In this document: positions 41,211-51,841 of the stretch, piece by piece
Position numbering within the stretch: position 1 is the stretch's first letter
How the letters are laid out: each line of letters starts with the position of its first letter
NCBI GenBank assembly: GCA_034521595.1
Contig: JAXHMG010000003.1
Span: 1,536,001 to 1,600,000 of the forward strand
DNA: 64,000 nt
DNA from: Gemmatimonadota bacterium
Lineage (GTDB): Bacteria; Gemmatimonadota; Gemmatimonadetes; Longimicrobiales; Gaopeijiaceae
Direction of reading: 5' to 3'
Notes under the pieces: generated by a model
Databases searched by the model: none
The model's input: only the letters and a program-made list of their open reading frames with translations
Told to the model about the DNA's origin: nothing
Program-made: the position numbers and the translations under genes

Positions 41211-42269
41211 ATGATCATCGTGACCTCCAGCGGCGCCACCGACGCCCAGATCGACCACATCCGCGAGCGGGTCGAAGCGGCGGGCCTTCGCACGCACCTA
41301 TCCCGTGGCGAGCACCGAACCGTCATCGGCTGCGTGGGTGACGAATCGCTCCTGCAAAGCCTTCCGCTCCTCTCGATTCCCGGGGTGGAAACCGTCCACC
41401 CGGTCCTGAAGCCCTACAAGCTGGCCTCGCGCGAGTTCGCGGCCGAGATGACGCGCATCCCCCTCGGCTCGGCCGAGTTGGGCGGACCCGAGATCGTCGT
41501 GATCGCAGGACCGTGTTCCGTGGAGGGCCCCGAAATGTTGGCGGAGACGGCCGAGCGGGTGAGCAAGGCTGGCGCTCGGGCTCTGCGGGGAGGCGCGTTC
41601 AAGCCCCGGACCTCCCCCTACTCTTTCCAGGGACTGGGAGAGCAAGGACTCGAGATCCTCGCGGACGTGCGCAAGCAGACCGGCCTGCCGGTCGTCACGG
41701 AGGTCATGGACCCGCGTCAGGTCGAGGTCGTGGCCTCGCACGCCGACGTGCTGCAGATCGGCGCACGCAACATGCAGAACTTTCCGCTCCTCTCCGAAGT
41801 CGGCCGACTCCGTCGGCCCGTGCTCCTCAAGCGCGGCCTGTCCGCCACGCTCAAGGACCTGTTGCTCGCGGCCGAGTACGTGATGAGCCAGGGGAACCCG
41901 AACGTCATCCTGTGCGAGCGAGGCATCCGGACGTTCGGGACCGACACCCGCAATACCTTCGATGTCGCCGCCATACCGGTGCTCAAGGAGGAAACGCACC
42001 TGCCGGTCATCGCGGACCCGTCACACGCCGCCGGGCGAAGCCATCTCGTGCCCGCGCTGAGCTACGCGGCCGTGGCGGCCGGGGCGGACGGACTCATGAT
42101 CGAGGTGCACCCCGATCCGGAGAACGCGGTCTCGGACGGAGAACAGTCGCTGGACTTCGACGCGTTCGACTCGTTGATGGAAGGGTTGCGTCCGTTCGTG
42201 GACGCCGCGGGACGCGTATTCGCCGAAGGCGCCGAGTCCGGGCGCTCGTCCGTATCCTCATCCTCCTGA
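41211..42269 (+). CDS. aroF: DAHP synthase type I-beta with N-terminal regulatory domain
   Basis: [49 protein letters not shown]. Confidence 0.95.
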   Translation: MIIVTSSGATDAQIDHIRERVEAAGLRTHLSRGEHRTVIGCVGDESLLQSLPLLSIPGVETVHPVLKPYKLASREFAAEMTRIPLGSAELGGPEIVVIAGPCSVEGPEMLAETAERVSKAGARALRGGAFKPRTSPYSFQGLGEQGLEILADVRKQTGLPVVTEVMDPRQVEVVASHADVLQIGARNMQNFPLLSEVGRLRRPVLLKRGLSATLKDLLLAAEYVMSQGNPNVILCERGIRTFGTDTRNTFDVAAIPVLKEETHLPVIADPSHAAGRSHLVPALSYAAVAAGADGLMIEVHPDPENAVSDGEQSLDFDAFDSLMEGLRPFVDAAGRVFAEGAESGRSSVSSSS

Positions 42270-42299
42270 CCGCCGGCCGGAGGACGCGGCCTACCGGCC

Positions 42300-43754
42300 T
42301 CACGCCACACCGAAGGCCGGCCACCAGGTGGCGAGCGCGAAGCCCACCAGGACGAGAGCGAGGACGACCATCAGGGAGGCCATGAGCCCCATGACGGCCA
42401 TCGTTTTCAGATTGATGCCGAAACCGGCCGCGATGGCGGGGCCGCCGGACGAAGACGGAAGAATGAAGCCGCAGTTTCCGATGGCCGTCACGATATAGAC
42501 GAACGGAACGGGGTTCAGCCCGAGCGTCTCGAACGTGCTGATGGTGATGGGAACCACGATGGCGATCGCGGCCGTGTTGCTCGTCACCTGCGTCAGCACC
42601 GTGGTCAACGTCGCGAAGACGACCACCGCCACGAGGCCCCCGCCGCCCGCGTAGGGGACCAGCATGCCCGCGAACGCTTCGGCGGCTCCGGACGCGTCGA
42701 GGATCCTTCCCAGCGCGATACCTCCGGCGAACAGGTAGAAGAGGCCCCAGTACATGTTCGCCTGGGCGAACGGCCAACTGATGAGGGGCCCCCTCCTCGT
42801 ACGAATGGCGAAGCTCAGCACGGCCATCGTCACGAAGGCGAAGGCGGGCGTGAGTCCGGGAATCAGCTGTGCATAGAAAGGCCGAGCGAAGGCGAGGACC
42901 GCTGCGGCGGCGAAGAGCCCGAGGCCCCACCGCTCTTCCAGCTTCATGGGCCCGAGCTTGTCCAGGGCGTCCCGAACGTAGTCCTTGGAGCCCGGCAACG
43001 CCGCCACGTCGGCCCGCATCGCGTAGCGAAGGAACAGGGCCATCAGCACCACCACCACCAAAGTGAGCGGCACCATCCGCACCACCCAGGTCAGGAACAG
43101 GAACTCCCGGCCCGTGATGGACTCCTCGATGAAGCCGACCGTGAGCAGGTTGGGGGCTCCGCCGATCGGTGTCGCGGCCCCACCCGCGCTGGTCCCCCAC
43201 GCGACCGCGAGCACCAGGAGCGTCCCGATCCGGCTGTCCCATAGATCCTCGATGCCGATGGAGCGCAGCATGGCGACCACGATCGGTATCATGGTCGCGG
43301 CCACGATCGTGTTGGGCAGGATTCCCGACAAGCCGGCCGCCACGAGGAACCAGACCAGGACCTGACGCGTGGTGCTCGTGCCCACACCCAACAGCGACGC
43401 CAGCCCTACACGCTGATCGAGCCCCCACCGCACCCATACGCTCGTCAGGATGTTCGCCCCGAGGAGCAGAAGGATCGTGTCCTGCGCATAGGACGTCGCC
43501 ACGCGGTCCATGGGCGCCAACCCGAACACCGCCGCGACCGGAATCGGGAGGAGCCCCGTCACCGCCAGATGCACCGGGCGCGTGATCCACCACCAGGCCA
43601 TCCAGACCAGGAGCCCCATCGCCCCACGCACCTCGAGCGGGAGATCTCCGAAGGGAAGGGCCGCCAGGATCAAGAAGGCGAACGGCGCCCCGAGCAGGTG
43701 CACGGCGCTCACGCGCTCGGTGAGGTCTTCGGGGGTCTCCTCGCGCTCGTTCAC
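42300..43754 (-). CDS. SLC13/DASS family transporter
   Basis: WWITRPVHLAVT, GGAATPIGGAPN, SNTAA, FILPSS; GGAGG RBS before GTG 43754. Confidence 0.88.
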   Translation of the reverse strand: MNEREETPEDLTERVSAVHLLGAPFAFLILAALPFGDLPLEVRGAMGLLVWMAWWWITRPVHLAVTGLLPIPVAAVFGLAPMDRVATSYAQDTILLLLGANILTSVWVRWGLDQRVGLASLLGVGTSTTRQVLVWFLVAAGLSGILPNTIVAATMIPIVVAMLRSIGIEDLWDSRIGTLLVLAVAWGTSAGGAATPIGGAPNLLTVGFIEESITGREFLFLTWVVRMVPLTLVVVVLMALFLRYAMRADVAALPGSKDYVRDALDKLGPMKLEERWGLGLFAAAAVLAFARPFYAQLIPGLTPAFAFVTMAVLSFAIRTRRGPLISWPFAQANMYWGLFYLFAGGIALGRILDASGAAEAFAGMLVPYAGGGGLVAVVVFATLTTVLTQVTSNTAAIAIVVPITISTFETLGLNPVPFVYIVTAIGNCGFILPSSSGGPAIAAGFGINLKTMAVMGLMASLMVVLALVLVGFALATWWPAFGVA

Positions 43755-43918
43755 ACCCAACCTCCATCGCGGAGCGATTCCGTGTCCGGCCGGCCGTGAG
43801 CGGCTGACGCGGCTGCAGGGACGACGCGGTCAGGATAGGGGACGCGACAGGCCCGGGAAAGCGTCACGGTGTGCCGTGCCGCGGGAGGCCGTCTCCATTC
43901 GGTCCCGGGGACGCACCG

Positions 43919-45367
43919 TCAGCGGGACGGGGTGGCGCCTCCCCGCTCTGCCCGCGCGGCTTCGATCTGCGCCCGAGCCCGGTCGAGTTGCTCCAGCACG
44001 GCCCGCTTCGACGATCCTCCCCGACCATCGCGCGACTCGAGCGAAGCATCCCAGTCGAGAGACGGCGGGTCGGTGGCGAACCGTTCGTCCGCGTCCCGCA
44101 GCTCGGCAGGAGACAGCTCGGAGAGCGCAGCGCCCCTCTCCTCGGCCGTCCGGACGAGGCGCCCGACCGTCTCGTGCGCCTCGCGGAAGGGCACGCCCCG
44201 ACGGACGAGGTGGTCCGCGAGATCGGTGGCGAGCATCGCGGGATCGAGGGCGGCGCGCATGGCGTCGGGGCGGAACTCCGCGCTTCCCAGGGCCCCCTTC
44301 ATCGCAGGCAGCGTCAGGAGCAGCGTATCGACGGTGTCGAACAAGGGGACCTTGTCCTCCTGAAGGTCCCGGTTGTACCCCGTGGGCAAACCTTTCAGCA
44401 GCGTGAGCAACGTCGTGGCCGCGCCGATCAATCGGGCGCTCTTGCCCCGCGCGAGCTCAGCCACGTCCGGGTTGCGCTTCTGGGGCATGAGGCTCGATCC
44501 GGTGCTGTACGCATCGTCCAATCGGAGAAAGCCGAACTCGGCACTCGTGAAGAGAACGAGATCTTCGGCCAACCGGGACAGATGCACCCCGATCATGGCG
44601 CCGGCGTGGACGAAGTCACACATCCAGTCCCGGTCCGAAACGGCGTCGAGCGCGTTCTCGCTCACACGCCGGAACCCGAGCGCCCGGGCGAGCTCGTCCC
44701 GATCCACGGGGAACGGACACCCGCTCAACGCACCGGAGCCGAGGGGAAGCGTCGACGCCGCTTCGGCCGCCGCGTCGACGCGGTCCAGGTCACGAAGCAG
44801 CGCGAACAAGTGCGCGAGCGCCCACTGCGCGGCCCGCACCGGTTGGGCTCGCTGCAGGTGGGTGTAGCCCGGCATGACGTGATCGACCCCCGAGGCGGCG
44901 AGCTCGTGGAGGCCGGCACATAGGTCGAGCAACTCCTCGCGCACCTGACCGATCGCTTCCATCCCGTAAAGGCGCACGTCGGTGGCCGACTGGTCGTTCC
45001 GGGACCGTCCGGTGTGCAGCTTTCCGGAAACGGCGCCCACCTCCTCGCCGAGCATCCGCTCGACCACCGAATGGATGTCCTCCTCCGGAGCGTCGTCCAA
45101 CCCGTCCCGCTCGATCCGAGCGGCCACGCGACCCAGCCCGTCGAGGAGCGTGCGGACCTCCTCCTCGGTGAGCACCCCCGCACCACCCAGGGCCCGGGCC
45201 CATGCCTCGCTTCCGTGGATGTCTTCCCGCCAGAGTCGGCGGTCCACGTTCAGGCTCAGGTTGAGTCGCTCCATGGCGGGGGCCATTCCCCGCTCGAACC
45301 GGCCGCCCCATAGAGGAGCGTCCTCGACCGGCCGACGGTCCGCCCCTTCCCCGCGCCCGGAGCTCAT
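43919..45367 (-). CDS. argH: Argininosuccinate lyase
   Basis: LWGGRF, HTGRSRNDQ, PGYTHLQ, STGSSLMPQKRNPD, YNRDLQEDK. Confidence 0.96.
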   Translation of the reverse strand: MSSGRGEGADRRPVEDAPLWGGRFERGMAPAMERLNLSLNVDRRLWREDIHGSEAWARALGGAGVLTEEEVRTLLDGLGRVAARIERDGLDDAPEEDIHSVVERMLGEEVGAVSGKLHTGRSRNDQSATDVRLYGMEAIGQVREELLDLCAGLHELAASGVDHVMPGYTHLQRAQPVRAAQWALAHLFALLRDLDRVDAAAEAASTLPLGSGALSGCPFPVDRDELARALGFRRVSENALDAVSDRDWMCDFVHAGAMIGVHLSRLAEDLVLFTSAEFGFLRLDDAYSTGSSLMPQKRNPDVAELARGKSARLIGAATTLLTLLKGLPTGYNRDLQEDKVPLFDTVDTLLLTLPAMKGALGSAEFRPDAMRAALDPAMLATDLADHLVRRGVPFREAHETVGRLVRTAEERGAALSELSPAELRDADERFATDPPSLDWDASLESRDGRGGSSKRAVLEQLDRARAQIEAARAERGGATPSR

Positions 45368-46620
45368 TCCGTCCCCGTCGACGTCGGGCGTGCTTCCGAC
45401 GACGGACGGCCCGTTCCGGGATCCCGGGAGGACGCGTCCCGGTCGGCGGCTGCCCGGGTCGGCAACGAGAAGAGTCTGATGAACCCGCTCGCGTCCGCGT
45501 GGTCGTAGGTGGCCGCGGACTCGAAGCTCGCCAGGTCCTCCCGATACAACGATTCGGGGCTCCAGCGGCTCACGGGTCTAGCCGCTCCCTTGTAGAGCTT
45601 GAGGCGAACCGTGCCGGTCACGGATCGCATGAGCCGGTCCGTCATGTCGCTGATCGCTTCACGCTCCGGGGTCCACCACCGTCCTTCATAAAGGAGATCT
45701 GCCCAACGCTCCGCCATCTCGTCCTTCAGAGCCTCCGCCCTTCGGTCCAACGTGACGGACTCGAGGTCACGCAGGGCGGTGTGGAGGAGCGTGCCTCCCG
45801 GTGTCTCGTACACCCCACGGGACTTCATCCCGACCAGGCGGTTCTCCACCAGGTCCGCCCGCCCTACGCCGTGCCTCACCCCCACGTCGTTGAGACGCTT
45901 GAGGAGCGCGACCGCATCGAGCGGCTCTCCATCCACCGTCACCGGCGTGCCGGCCTCGAAGCCGACCTCCACGCGCTCGGGGGTGTCGGGCGCTTCCTCG
46001 GGAGCCGTCGTCCAGGTGAACAGATCGTTGCCGGGCTCGAACGCGGGGTCCTCGAGCGGTCCACCTTCGTGGGAGACGTGCCAGAGGTTCTCGTCGCGGG
46101 AATACAACTTTTCCTCGTCCACGTCACCCAGCGGAATCTCACGCGCCTTGGCGTAGGCGAGGGCGTCCGCCCGGGAGTGGATCTCCCACTCGCGCCAGGG
46201 AGCGATGACCCGCAGATCGGGCGCGAGAGCGGCGTAGGTGAGCTCGAAGCGCACCTGATCATTGCCCTTTCCCGTGCACCCGTGCGCCAGGGCGTCGGCT
46301 CCCACACTGCGGGCCACCTCGACCTGAGCCTTGGCCAGCAGAGGTCGCGCCATGGCCGTGCCCAACAGATACGTGCGTCCGTAGACCGCACCCACCCGCA
46401 GGGTCGGCCATACGTAGTCCTCGACGAACGCTCTCCGAAGATCCACTCCGTGAAACCCGCTCGCGCCGGACGCCGCCGCCTTTCCAGCCAACTCGTCGAC
46501 GCCGCCGCGCTGGCCCACGTCGCCGGCCATGCACACGACCTCGGCGCCGTACCGTTCACGGAGCCACGGGACGATCACCGAAGTGTCGAGCCCGCCGGAG
46601 TATCCCAGCACCACTTTCAT
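45364..46620 (-). CDS. argG: Argininosuccinate synthase
   Basis: YSGGLDTS, HGCTGKGNDQVRF, YSRDENLWH, ENRLVGMKSRGVYETPG. Confidence 0.96.
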   Translation of the reverse strand: MKVVLGYSGGLDTSVIVPWLRERYGAEVVCMAGDVGQRGGVDELAGKAAASGASGFHGVDLRRAFVEDYVWPTLRVGAVYGRTYLLGTAMARPLLAKAQVEVARSVGADALAHGCTGKGNDQVRFELTYAALAPDLRVIAPWREWEIHSRADALAYAKAREIPLGDVDEEKLYSRDENLWHVSHEGGPLEDPAFEPGNDLFTWTTAPEEAPDTPERVEVGFEAGTPVTVDGEPLDAVALLKRLNDVGVRHGVGRADLVENRLVGMKSRGVYETPGGTLLHTALRDLESVTLDRRAEALKDEMAERWADLLYEGRWWTPEREAISDMTDRLMRSVTGTVRLKLYKGAARPVSRWSPESLYREDLASFESAATYDHADASGFIRLFSLPTRAAADRDASSRDPGTGRPSSEARPTSTGTE

Positions 46621-46680
46621 ATCGTATCCCCGGGCTTCGGATGCGCCGGCATGAAACCGGCCTTCGGACGCACCGGCACG

Positions 46681-46740
46681 AAAAAAGAGGCCCGGGGGTC
46701 GGAAGACCGGTCACTTCCCGCCAAAGTGCCAGGGGGCCTC
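46681..46740 (-). terminator. Terminator-like hairpin with U6 tract in the argG leader
   Basis: Minus strand GAGGCCC...GGAAG...CTTCC...GGGCCTC-TTTTTT, about 60 nt upstream of the argG ATG. Confidence 0.65.
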
Positions 46741-46812
46741 ATGCCCCGAACTCCCGCCCCCGGTCCCCTTTCGTGGTCCCGTGGCGTGGCGTCGATGCCG
46801 ATGACGACGCGC

Positions 46813-46851
46813 GTTGGATAAATATGCACACTTCCTGCATTACGTCAACCC
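46813..46851 (-). promoter_or_regulatory. Tandem ARG boxes overlapping a putative argG promoter
   Basis: tgTGCATATTTATCCAac matches TGAAT-W4-ATTCA. A weaker box (ggGTTGACGTAATGCAgg) lies 3 bp upstream. TTGACG-N16-CATATT; argR is adjacent. Confidence 0.7.
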
Positions 46852-46852
46852 G

Positions 46853-47299
46853 TCAGCGGGCCATCCGCTCGATTCGCTCCCGCACCGTGGTGAGGAACTC
46901 CTTCGAGCGCAGCACCAGCAGGATCGTGTCGTCCCCCGCCAACGTCCCCAACACCTCGGGCCATTCTTCCCAATCGATCCCGGCCGCCACCGTCTGCGCC
47001 CCCCCCTTCATGGTGCGGATGACGAGCAGGTGGTCGACCCCTTCGGCGCTGTGGAAGAGCGCCGGAAGCAACGACTCGAGGGGTGGCGTGCCTTCCCAGT
47101 CCTCCGGGAGCGCGTAGTGCGGCATGCCGTCCGCACCCGGAACCTTCACGAGACGCAATTCGCGGATGTCCCGGGACAGGGTGGCCTGCGTGACTTCGGT
47201 GCCACGCTCCAGAAGGAGCGCCCGCAAGCCTTCCTGGCTATTGACGCGGCGTTCCCTCAGGATCTGGAGGATCTCTTGATGGCGGTCGCGCTTGCTCAC
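46853..47299 (-). CDS. argR: Arginine repressor
   Basis: SQEGL, VTQATLSRDIREL, GTLAGDDTI. Confidence 0.95.
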   Translation of the reverse strand: MSKRDRHQEILQILRERRVNSQEGLRALLLERGTEVTQATLSRDIRELRLVKVPGADGMPHYALPEDWEGTPPLESLLPALFHSAEGVDHLLVIRTMKGGAQTVAAGIDWEEWPEVLGTLAGDDTILLVLRSKEFLTTVRERIERMAR

Positions 47300-47745
47300 G
47301 CGACGGCTTTCGCGGCCAGAGTCCTCAGCCGATCCGGCTCGAATCCCAGGCTACGCTCGGCCTCTTCGCCGTCCTCGAACAGGATGAGCGTCGGGATGCT
47401 GCGGATGCCGTAGCGCTCCGCCACCGCGGGTGCCTGATCCGTGTCGATCTTCACGACGAGCATCTTCCCCAGGTGCTCGTGCGCGAGCTCGTCCATCAAC
47501 GGCGCCACCATCTTGCACGGTGCGCACCAATCCGCGTAGAAATCGACCAGAACCGGTGCGTCGGCGGCGAGCACCGTCCGGTCGAAGTCGTCCTGCGTCA
47601 CCTTCACGGGCCGATCGAGGAGCATGGGCTTGCCACACTCCCCGCAGTGCGGACGGTCGGCGGCCCGGCCGATATCGATCTGGTTGAGCTTTCCGCAGAA
47701 ACCACACCGGACCTGGATTTCCTTACCGGATTCCTTCGTGGACAT
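47296..47745 (-). CDS. trxC: Thioredoxin with N-terminal Zn finger (TrxC-like)
   Basis: CGFC...CGEC; DFYADWCAPC; IRSIPTL. Confidence 0.85.
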   Translation of the reverse strand: MSTKESGKEIQVRCGFCGKLNQIDIGRAADRPHCGECGKPMLLDRPVKVTQDDFDRTVLAADAPVLVDFYADWCAPCKMVAPLMDELAHEHLGKMLVVKIDTDQAPAVAERYGIRSIPTLILFEDGEEAERSLGFEPDRLRTLAAKAVA

Positions 47746-47854
47746 CGTCGTTCCTCGTCATTGTCGTCGTCATCGGCGGGCGCCTCCGGGGTCAAGTCCC
47801 GCCCCGGATCGCGATCCCGCTAATATGGCGGACCTCTCCTCCCGCGCTCGAGCC

Positions 47855-50644
47855 TCAGAAGAGCTCGTACCGAAGCCGTAGCATCGTCATTCGCCCCATC
47901 GTCGGGACCCCGACGAACGACCGGTAACCGGTATCGAACACATTGTTCACCGAGAGCTGAACGGTCGCGCGCGTGCCCGGAAGCTGGTAGCCCAGATTGA
48001 GGTCGAAGATCGCGTAGGCGTCCACGCAGGGCTCCTCGAACAGCCCTCCGGGTGCATCCGGGATACACGCCGTCCCGACGTACCCGGCGGATTCGGCGGG
48101 AAATCCGCTGGAGAACCGCGCGCGACCATTCGCCGTCAGCCCGGTCCGCACATCACGGTAGGCGAGTCCCAACGTGCCCTTGTGCTTGGGCGCGTTGAGG
48201 GCGATCGGCGCGCCACCCTCGATCTCGAAGTAGTCGTCGCTCACGAGCGAGTAGCTGCCGTTCAGCGTCCACCGGTCGGTCATGAACGCCTGCACCGCCA
48301 GATCCCCACCCCATAGGTCGAGGTCACCGACGTTCCGGTAGGTCACGATGAGGTCGGCGCCCCGCGCGGCCACTTCGTCGGACGAAACCACCCCGAGCGG
48401 GATCCGGGCCATGCCCTCGGCGAGCTGCTCGGCGGTGGCCTGTGCCGTGGCCGGATCCATCCCGCTCGCGATGAGCTGTGTGGCGATGTAGCTGCCCGTG
48501 TCTTCACCGTTGAGGTGCAGCAGGGGCGTCTGGACCTGGAGGGGAGACACGAAGTCGTTCCGGCGCATGTAGTATGCGTCGGCGGACACCTTGACCCGGC
48601 CGTCGAGCACGCCCGTCCAACCGACCTCGAAGGTCTCCGTATTGCTTTCCGCGATGCCGGGCACGTCCGGGATGCGCGTGCTCGAAAGCGGGGTCAGCTC
48701 CTGGGTGCTCACGTCGAACAACATGCGCTCGATATCTCCGTTCGACGGATCCATGTCACGCAAACTGGCCGCCGTCCCGGGATCGATCGCGCCCTGCGCT
48801 TCCAGCGCGCCGACCGCGAGCTGCCACATGACGGGGACGTCGGCATCGAGAAGCTGTGAAGCGCCCCCCAGCGCGGACGGCGTGAACGGCGAGCGCATGC
48901 CCCGAAGCGTCCCGTCCGGGTCCTGGAAGGAGTATCCGTCCTTGCCGGTGCCGTACGCGCGCGTGGTGTAGCCCAGCGAGCCGAGCGGCGACGGCGCCGC
49001 CCCACCCGAGATGTCCAGGAAGAAGTTGAGGCTCGAGGGGGTCGAGAACGCCCGGTTGTAGGTGAGGCGGAAGCTCTGCTCCTCGGCGGGGCTGAACACG
49101 AGCGCGGCCCGGGGCGAAAAGACGTCGTCGTCGAGCAGCGAGTGGGAGTCGAGCCGGGCCGCCAGGACGAGCTCGAGCATGTCCGTGAGACCGGTCTTCG
49201 ACTGCACGTAGGCACCCCACTCGTCGATGTCGTCCTCGTCCTCGTACGAGCCGTTGATGCTGCCCTCGGTGTCGGGACGGGTCGCGAAGTAGTCCAATCC
49301 GAAGGTGAAGTCCTGACGTCCATCGGCGAGCTCGAAGCCGTGTTGCACCTGGCTCACGAAGAGCGTCGACTTGTCGATGAGCGGAACGCCGTCACGGAGC
49401 AGATAGGTATCGCCGGCGTCACTCCGGTTGTAGTAGGCTTGCGTGAAGAAGCGCCCCTTGTTGAGTCGTGCCTGGAAGAAGTCGTAGACCCAGTCCCGGG
49501 TCTGTCCCGCCCCGAGGCCCGTCAGCTCGATGCCCGTCGCGCTGGTGCGCCCGTAGGTCCCGACCACCGTGCCGTCGTCGGCGAAGCGCCAGTCGGCGCG
49601 TGCTTCCAAGCCGTAGCGCTCGATGTCGAAATCGCGCACACCCACCCGGTTGCACGCTTCCTGAGCCTCGGCCGCGTCGAAGCCGCGGATCGCCTTATCG
49701 GTGAGACACGCGTCCGGGTTCTCGTCGGCCTGCCGGCGGGCGGCCTCCTCCGTGGGATCGGTATAGGGCCACTCGGTGCCCCGGAGGTACTGCCCTGAAA
49801 CCTTGAGCCCGACGTCATCGGACAGGAGGAACGCCGACCGGAACGTACCCTGGAAGAGGTCCCGCTCCCCACCCGCGACGGTCGCGGTGGTGCCCTGATG
49901 GTCGAGGGGCGACTTGGTCAGGATGTGCACGACGCCGTTCGCGGTGTTCGGACCGTAGAGCGCGGAGCCCGGCCCGAGCACGACCTCCATGCGGTCGACG
50001 TCCTCGTCGTTCGACGGAATGAAGTGCATGAGGTTCACGCGCAGGGACGGCACTCCCGCGAGCCGGTGGTCCGTGAGCATGTGCAACGAGCCCGAGAAGA
50101 TGTTGTTGAAGCCACGCACCACGACGTTCGTCGCCTGAACCCCCTGGTTGATCATGTCCACGCCCGGCGCGCCCTTGAGATGGTCGGCGAGCGTGGCGGC
50201 GGGCCGCTCGGTGATCTCGGTCGAGCTCACGTTGTAGGTCGTCGCGGGGGCCTCGGTCGATTTCTCGGGGGTCCCGCGCGAGGCCGTGATGACGAGCGCG
50301 TCGAGCTCCTGGGCTTGGGAGAGCAGGCTCATGTCCTGCTCCGTGGTCTCCCCCGCGATCACGGTCACGTCGTCGAACCGCGTCGTTCGGTACCCGACCA
50401 CCGTGACGACGAGGTCGTAGGACCCTTCGGCAAGCTCCAGTCGGTACCGCCCCTGATCATTGCTCAACGTACCCGTCGTCTGGGCGTCTCCGAGCACCTG
50501 GATCTGCGCGGCGGAGATGGGCGCACCCGTCTCCTGGTTGGTGACCACCCCGGTTAGCGTGCCTTGTTGAGCGGCGACAGGAGCGGCAGCTCCGAGAACC
50601 GCTGTCAGGACGAGCGCGAGACGTGGTGCCGTGAAGAAGGACAT
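47855..50644 (-). CDS. TonB-dependent receptor
   Basis: Signal peptide, CarboxypepD-like domain, plug MEVVLGPGSALYGPNTANGVV, C-terminal ...LRYELF. Confidence 0.92.
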   Translation of the reverse strand: MSFFTAPRLALVLTAVLGAAAPVAAQQGTLTGVVTNQETGAPISAAQIQVLGDAQTTGTLSNDQGRYRLELAEGSYDLVVTVVGYRTTRFDDVTVIAGETTEQDMSLLSQAQELDALVITASRGTPEKSTEAPATTYNVSSTEITERPAATLADHLKGAPGVDMINQGVQATNVVVRGFNNIFSGSLHMLTDHRLAGVPSLRVNLMHFIPSNDEDVDRMEVVLGPGSALYGPNTANGVVHILTKSPLDHQGTTATVAGGERDLFQGTFRSAFLLSDDVGLKVSGQYLRGTEWPYTDPTEEAARRQADENPDACLTDKAIRGFDAAEAQEACNRVGVRDFDIERYGLEARADWRFADDGTVVGTYGRTSATGIELTGLGAGQTRDWVYDFFQARLNKGRFFTQAYYNRSDAGDTYLLRDGVPLIDKSTLFVSQVQHGFELADGRQDFTFGLDYFATRPDTEGSINGSYEDEDDIDEWGAYVQSKTGLTDMLELVLAARLDSHSLLDDDVFSPRAALVFSPAEEQSFRLTYNRAFSTPSSLNFFLDISGGAAPSPLGSLGYTTRAYGTGKDGYSFQDPDGTLRGMRSPFTPSALGGASQLLDADVPVMWQLAVGALEAQGAIDPGTAASLRDMDPSNGDIERMLFDVSTQELTPLSSTRIPDVPGIAESNTETFEVGWTGVLDGRVKVSADAYYMRRNDFVSPLQVQTPLLHLNGEDTGSYIATQLIASGMDPATAQATAEQLAEGMARIPLGVVSSDEVAARGADLIVTYRNVGDLDLWGGDLAVQAFMTDRWTLNGSYSLVSDDYFEIEGGAPIALNAPKHKGTLGLAYRDVRTGLTANGRARFSSGFPAESAGYVGTACIPDAPGGLFEEPCVDAYAIFDLNLGYQLPGTRATVQLSVNNVFDTGYRSFVGVPTMGRMTMLRLRYELF

Positions 50645-50790
50645 GGCGGGCCTCTGACCTGGTGGGTGACGCGGATATGCTCAGGAGAAAGCTGCTGGAA
50701 GCTAGTGCGCGACAGGGCCGGTGAGCAATCGGCTCGGTGCCGTCGCCGACGGGCTGGTCTCGTCGCCGTTCGTACGACATCATCCGGGGC

Positions 50791-51762
50791 ATGATCACCC
50801 AACCCTTCACGCTCGAGAACCTCCGCGCGGCGCATGCGCGTATCGCGGACGCGGTGCACCGCACCCCGCTCATCCACTCCCGAACGCTCTCCGAGCGCGT
50901 CGGGACTCCGGTTCATCTCAAGTGCGAAAACCTCCAGAAGACCGGCTCCTTCAAGGTACGGGGCGCACTCAACCGAATCGGCGCCCTCACGCGGGAGGAG
51001 CGGGACCGAGGCGTGATCACCATCTCGGCGGGCAACCACGCTCAGGCGGTGGCCTGGGCTGCCGACGCGGCGGGCGTCCGGAGCACCGTCGTCATGCCGG
51101 AGCGGGCGTCACCCACGAAGGTGCGGGCCAGCAGGGAGTACGGGGCCGAGGTCATCTTGCACGGGAACGCCGGGGCCGCGTTCCGCCGAGCGTTCGAGAT
51201 CGCGGACGAGCGGGGACTGGTGTTCGTGCACCCATTCGACGATCCGGACGTGGTCGCAGGCCATGCGAGCTGCATGCTCGAGATCCTCGATGCGCTCCCC
51301 GACGCGGCGAGCGTGGTGGTGCCCGTCGGGGGAGGTGGCCTCGCGTCCGGCATCGCCGTGGCCACGGCCGCGGCGGCCCCGAACGTCGGCGTGTGGGGCG
51401 TGGAGCCCGAGGGGGCGGCCGCCATGCACGCCAGCTTGGAAGCCGGCGAGCCCCTTCACCTCGATTCAGTGGATACCGTGGCGGACGGGCTCGGGGCGCC
51501 GATGGCCGGCCGGCTCAACTTCGAGATTCTGAGCGCGCACGCCCGAGGGGTCGTGCTCGTGAACGACGACGAGATCATCCATGCGATGCGCATGCTTCTG
51601 GAACGGACCAAGCTCCTCGCCGAGCCGGCCGGGGCGGCGGGCCTCGCGGCGCTCTTGGCAGGCCGCGTCCCCGTGCCCGAAGGACCGGTAGTCGTCGTCC
51701 TGAGCGGCGGGAACGTGGATCTCGAGCAGCTGGGCTCGATCCTGGTCTCCGAGACCTCCTGA
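50791..51762 (+). CDS. PLP-dependent threonine/serine dehydratase (short form, no ACT domain)
   Basis: KCENLQKTGSFKVRGA, SAGNHAQ, PVGGGGL, EPAGA, SGGN. Confidence 0.9.
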   Translation: MITQPFTLENLRAAHARIADAVHRTPLIHSRTLSERVGTPVHLKCENLQKTGSFKVRGALNRIGALTREERDRGVITISAGNHAQAVAWAADAAGVRSTVVMPERASPTKVRASREYGAEVILHGNAGAAFRRAFEIADERGLVFVHPFDDPDVVAGHASCMLEILDALPDAASVVVPVGGGGLASGIAVATAAAAPNVGVWGVEPEGAAAMHASLEAGEPLHLDSVDTVADGLGAPMAGRLNFEILSAHARGVVLVNDDEIIHAMRMLLERTKLLAEPAGAAGLAALLAGRVPVPEGPVVVVLSGGNVDLEQLGSILVSETS

Positions 51763-51841
51763 ACACCACCACCCCGGCGGCGCGAACGCGGGCTCGGTCG
51801 GTCCGGGACACGGCGGACCGCTGGAGACCGCCCGAGCCGCG

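Noticed and set aside
46617-46829. 70-aa ORF overlapping the argG start
   Set aside because: Runs through the ARG boxes and terminator and has no protein-like features. Treated as leader sequence.
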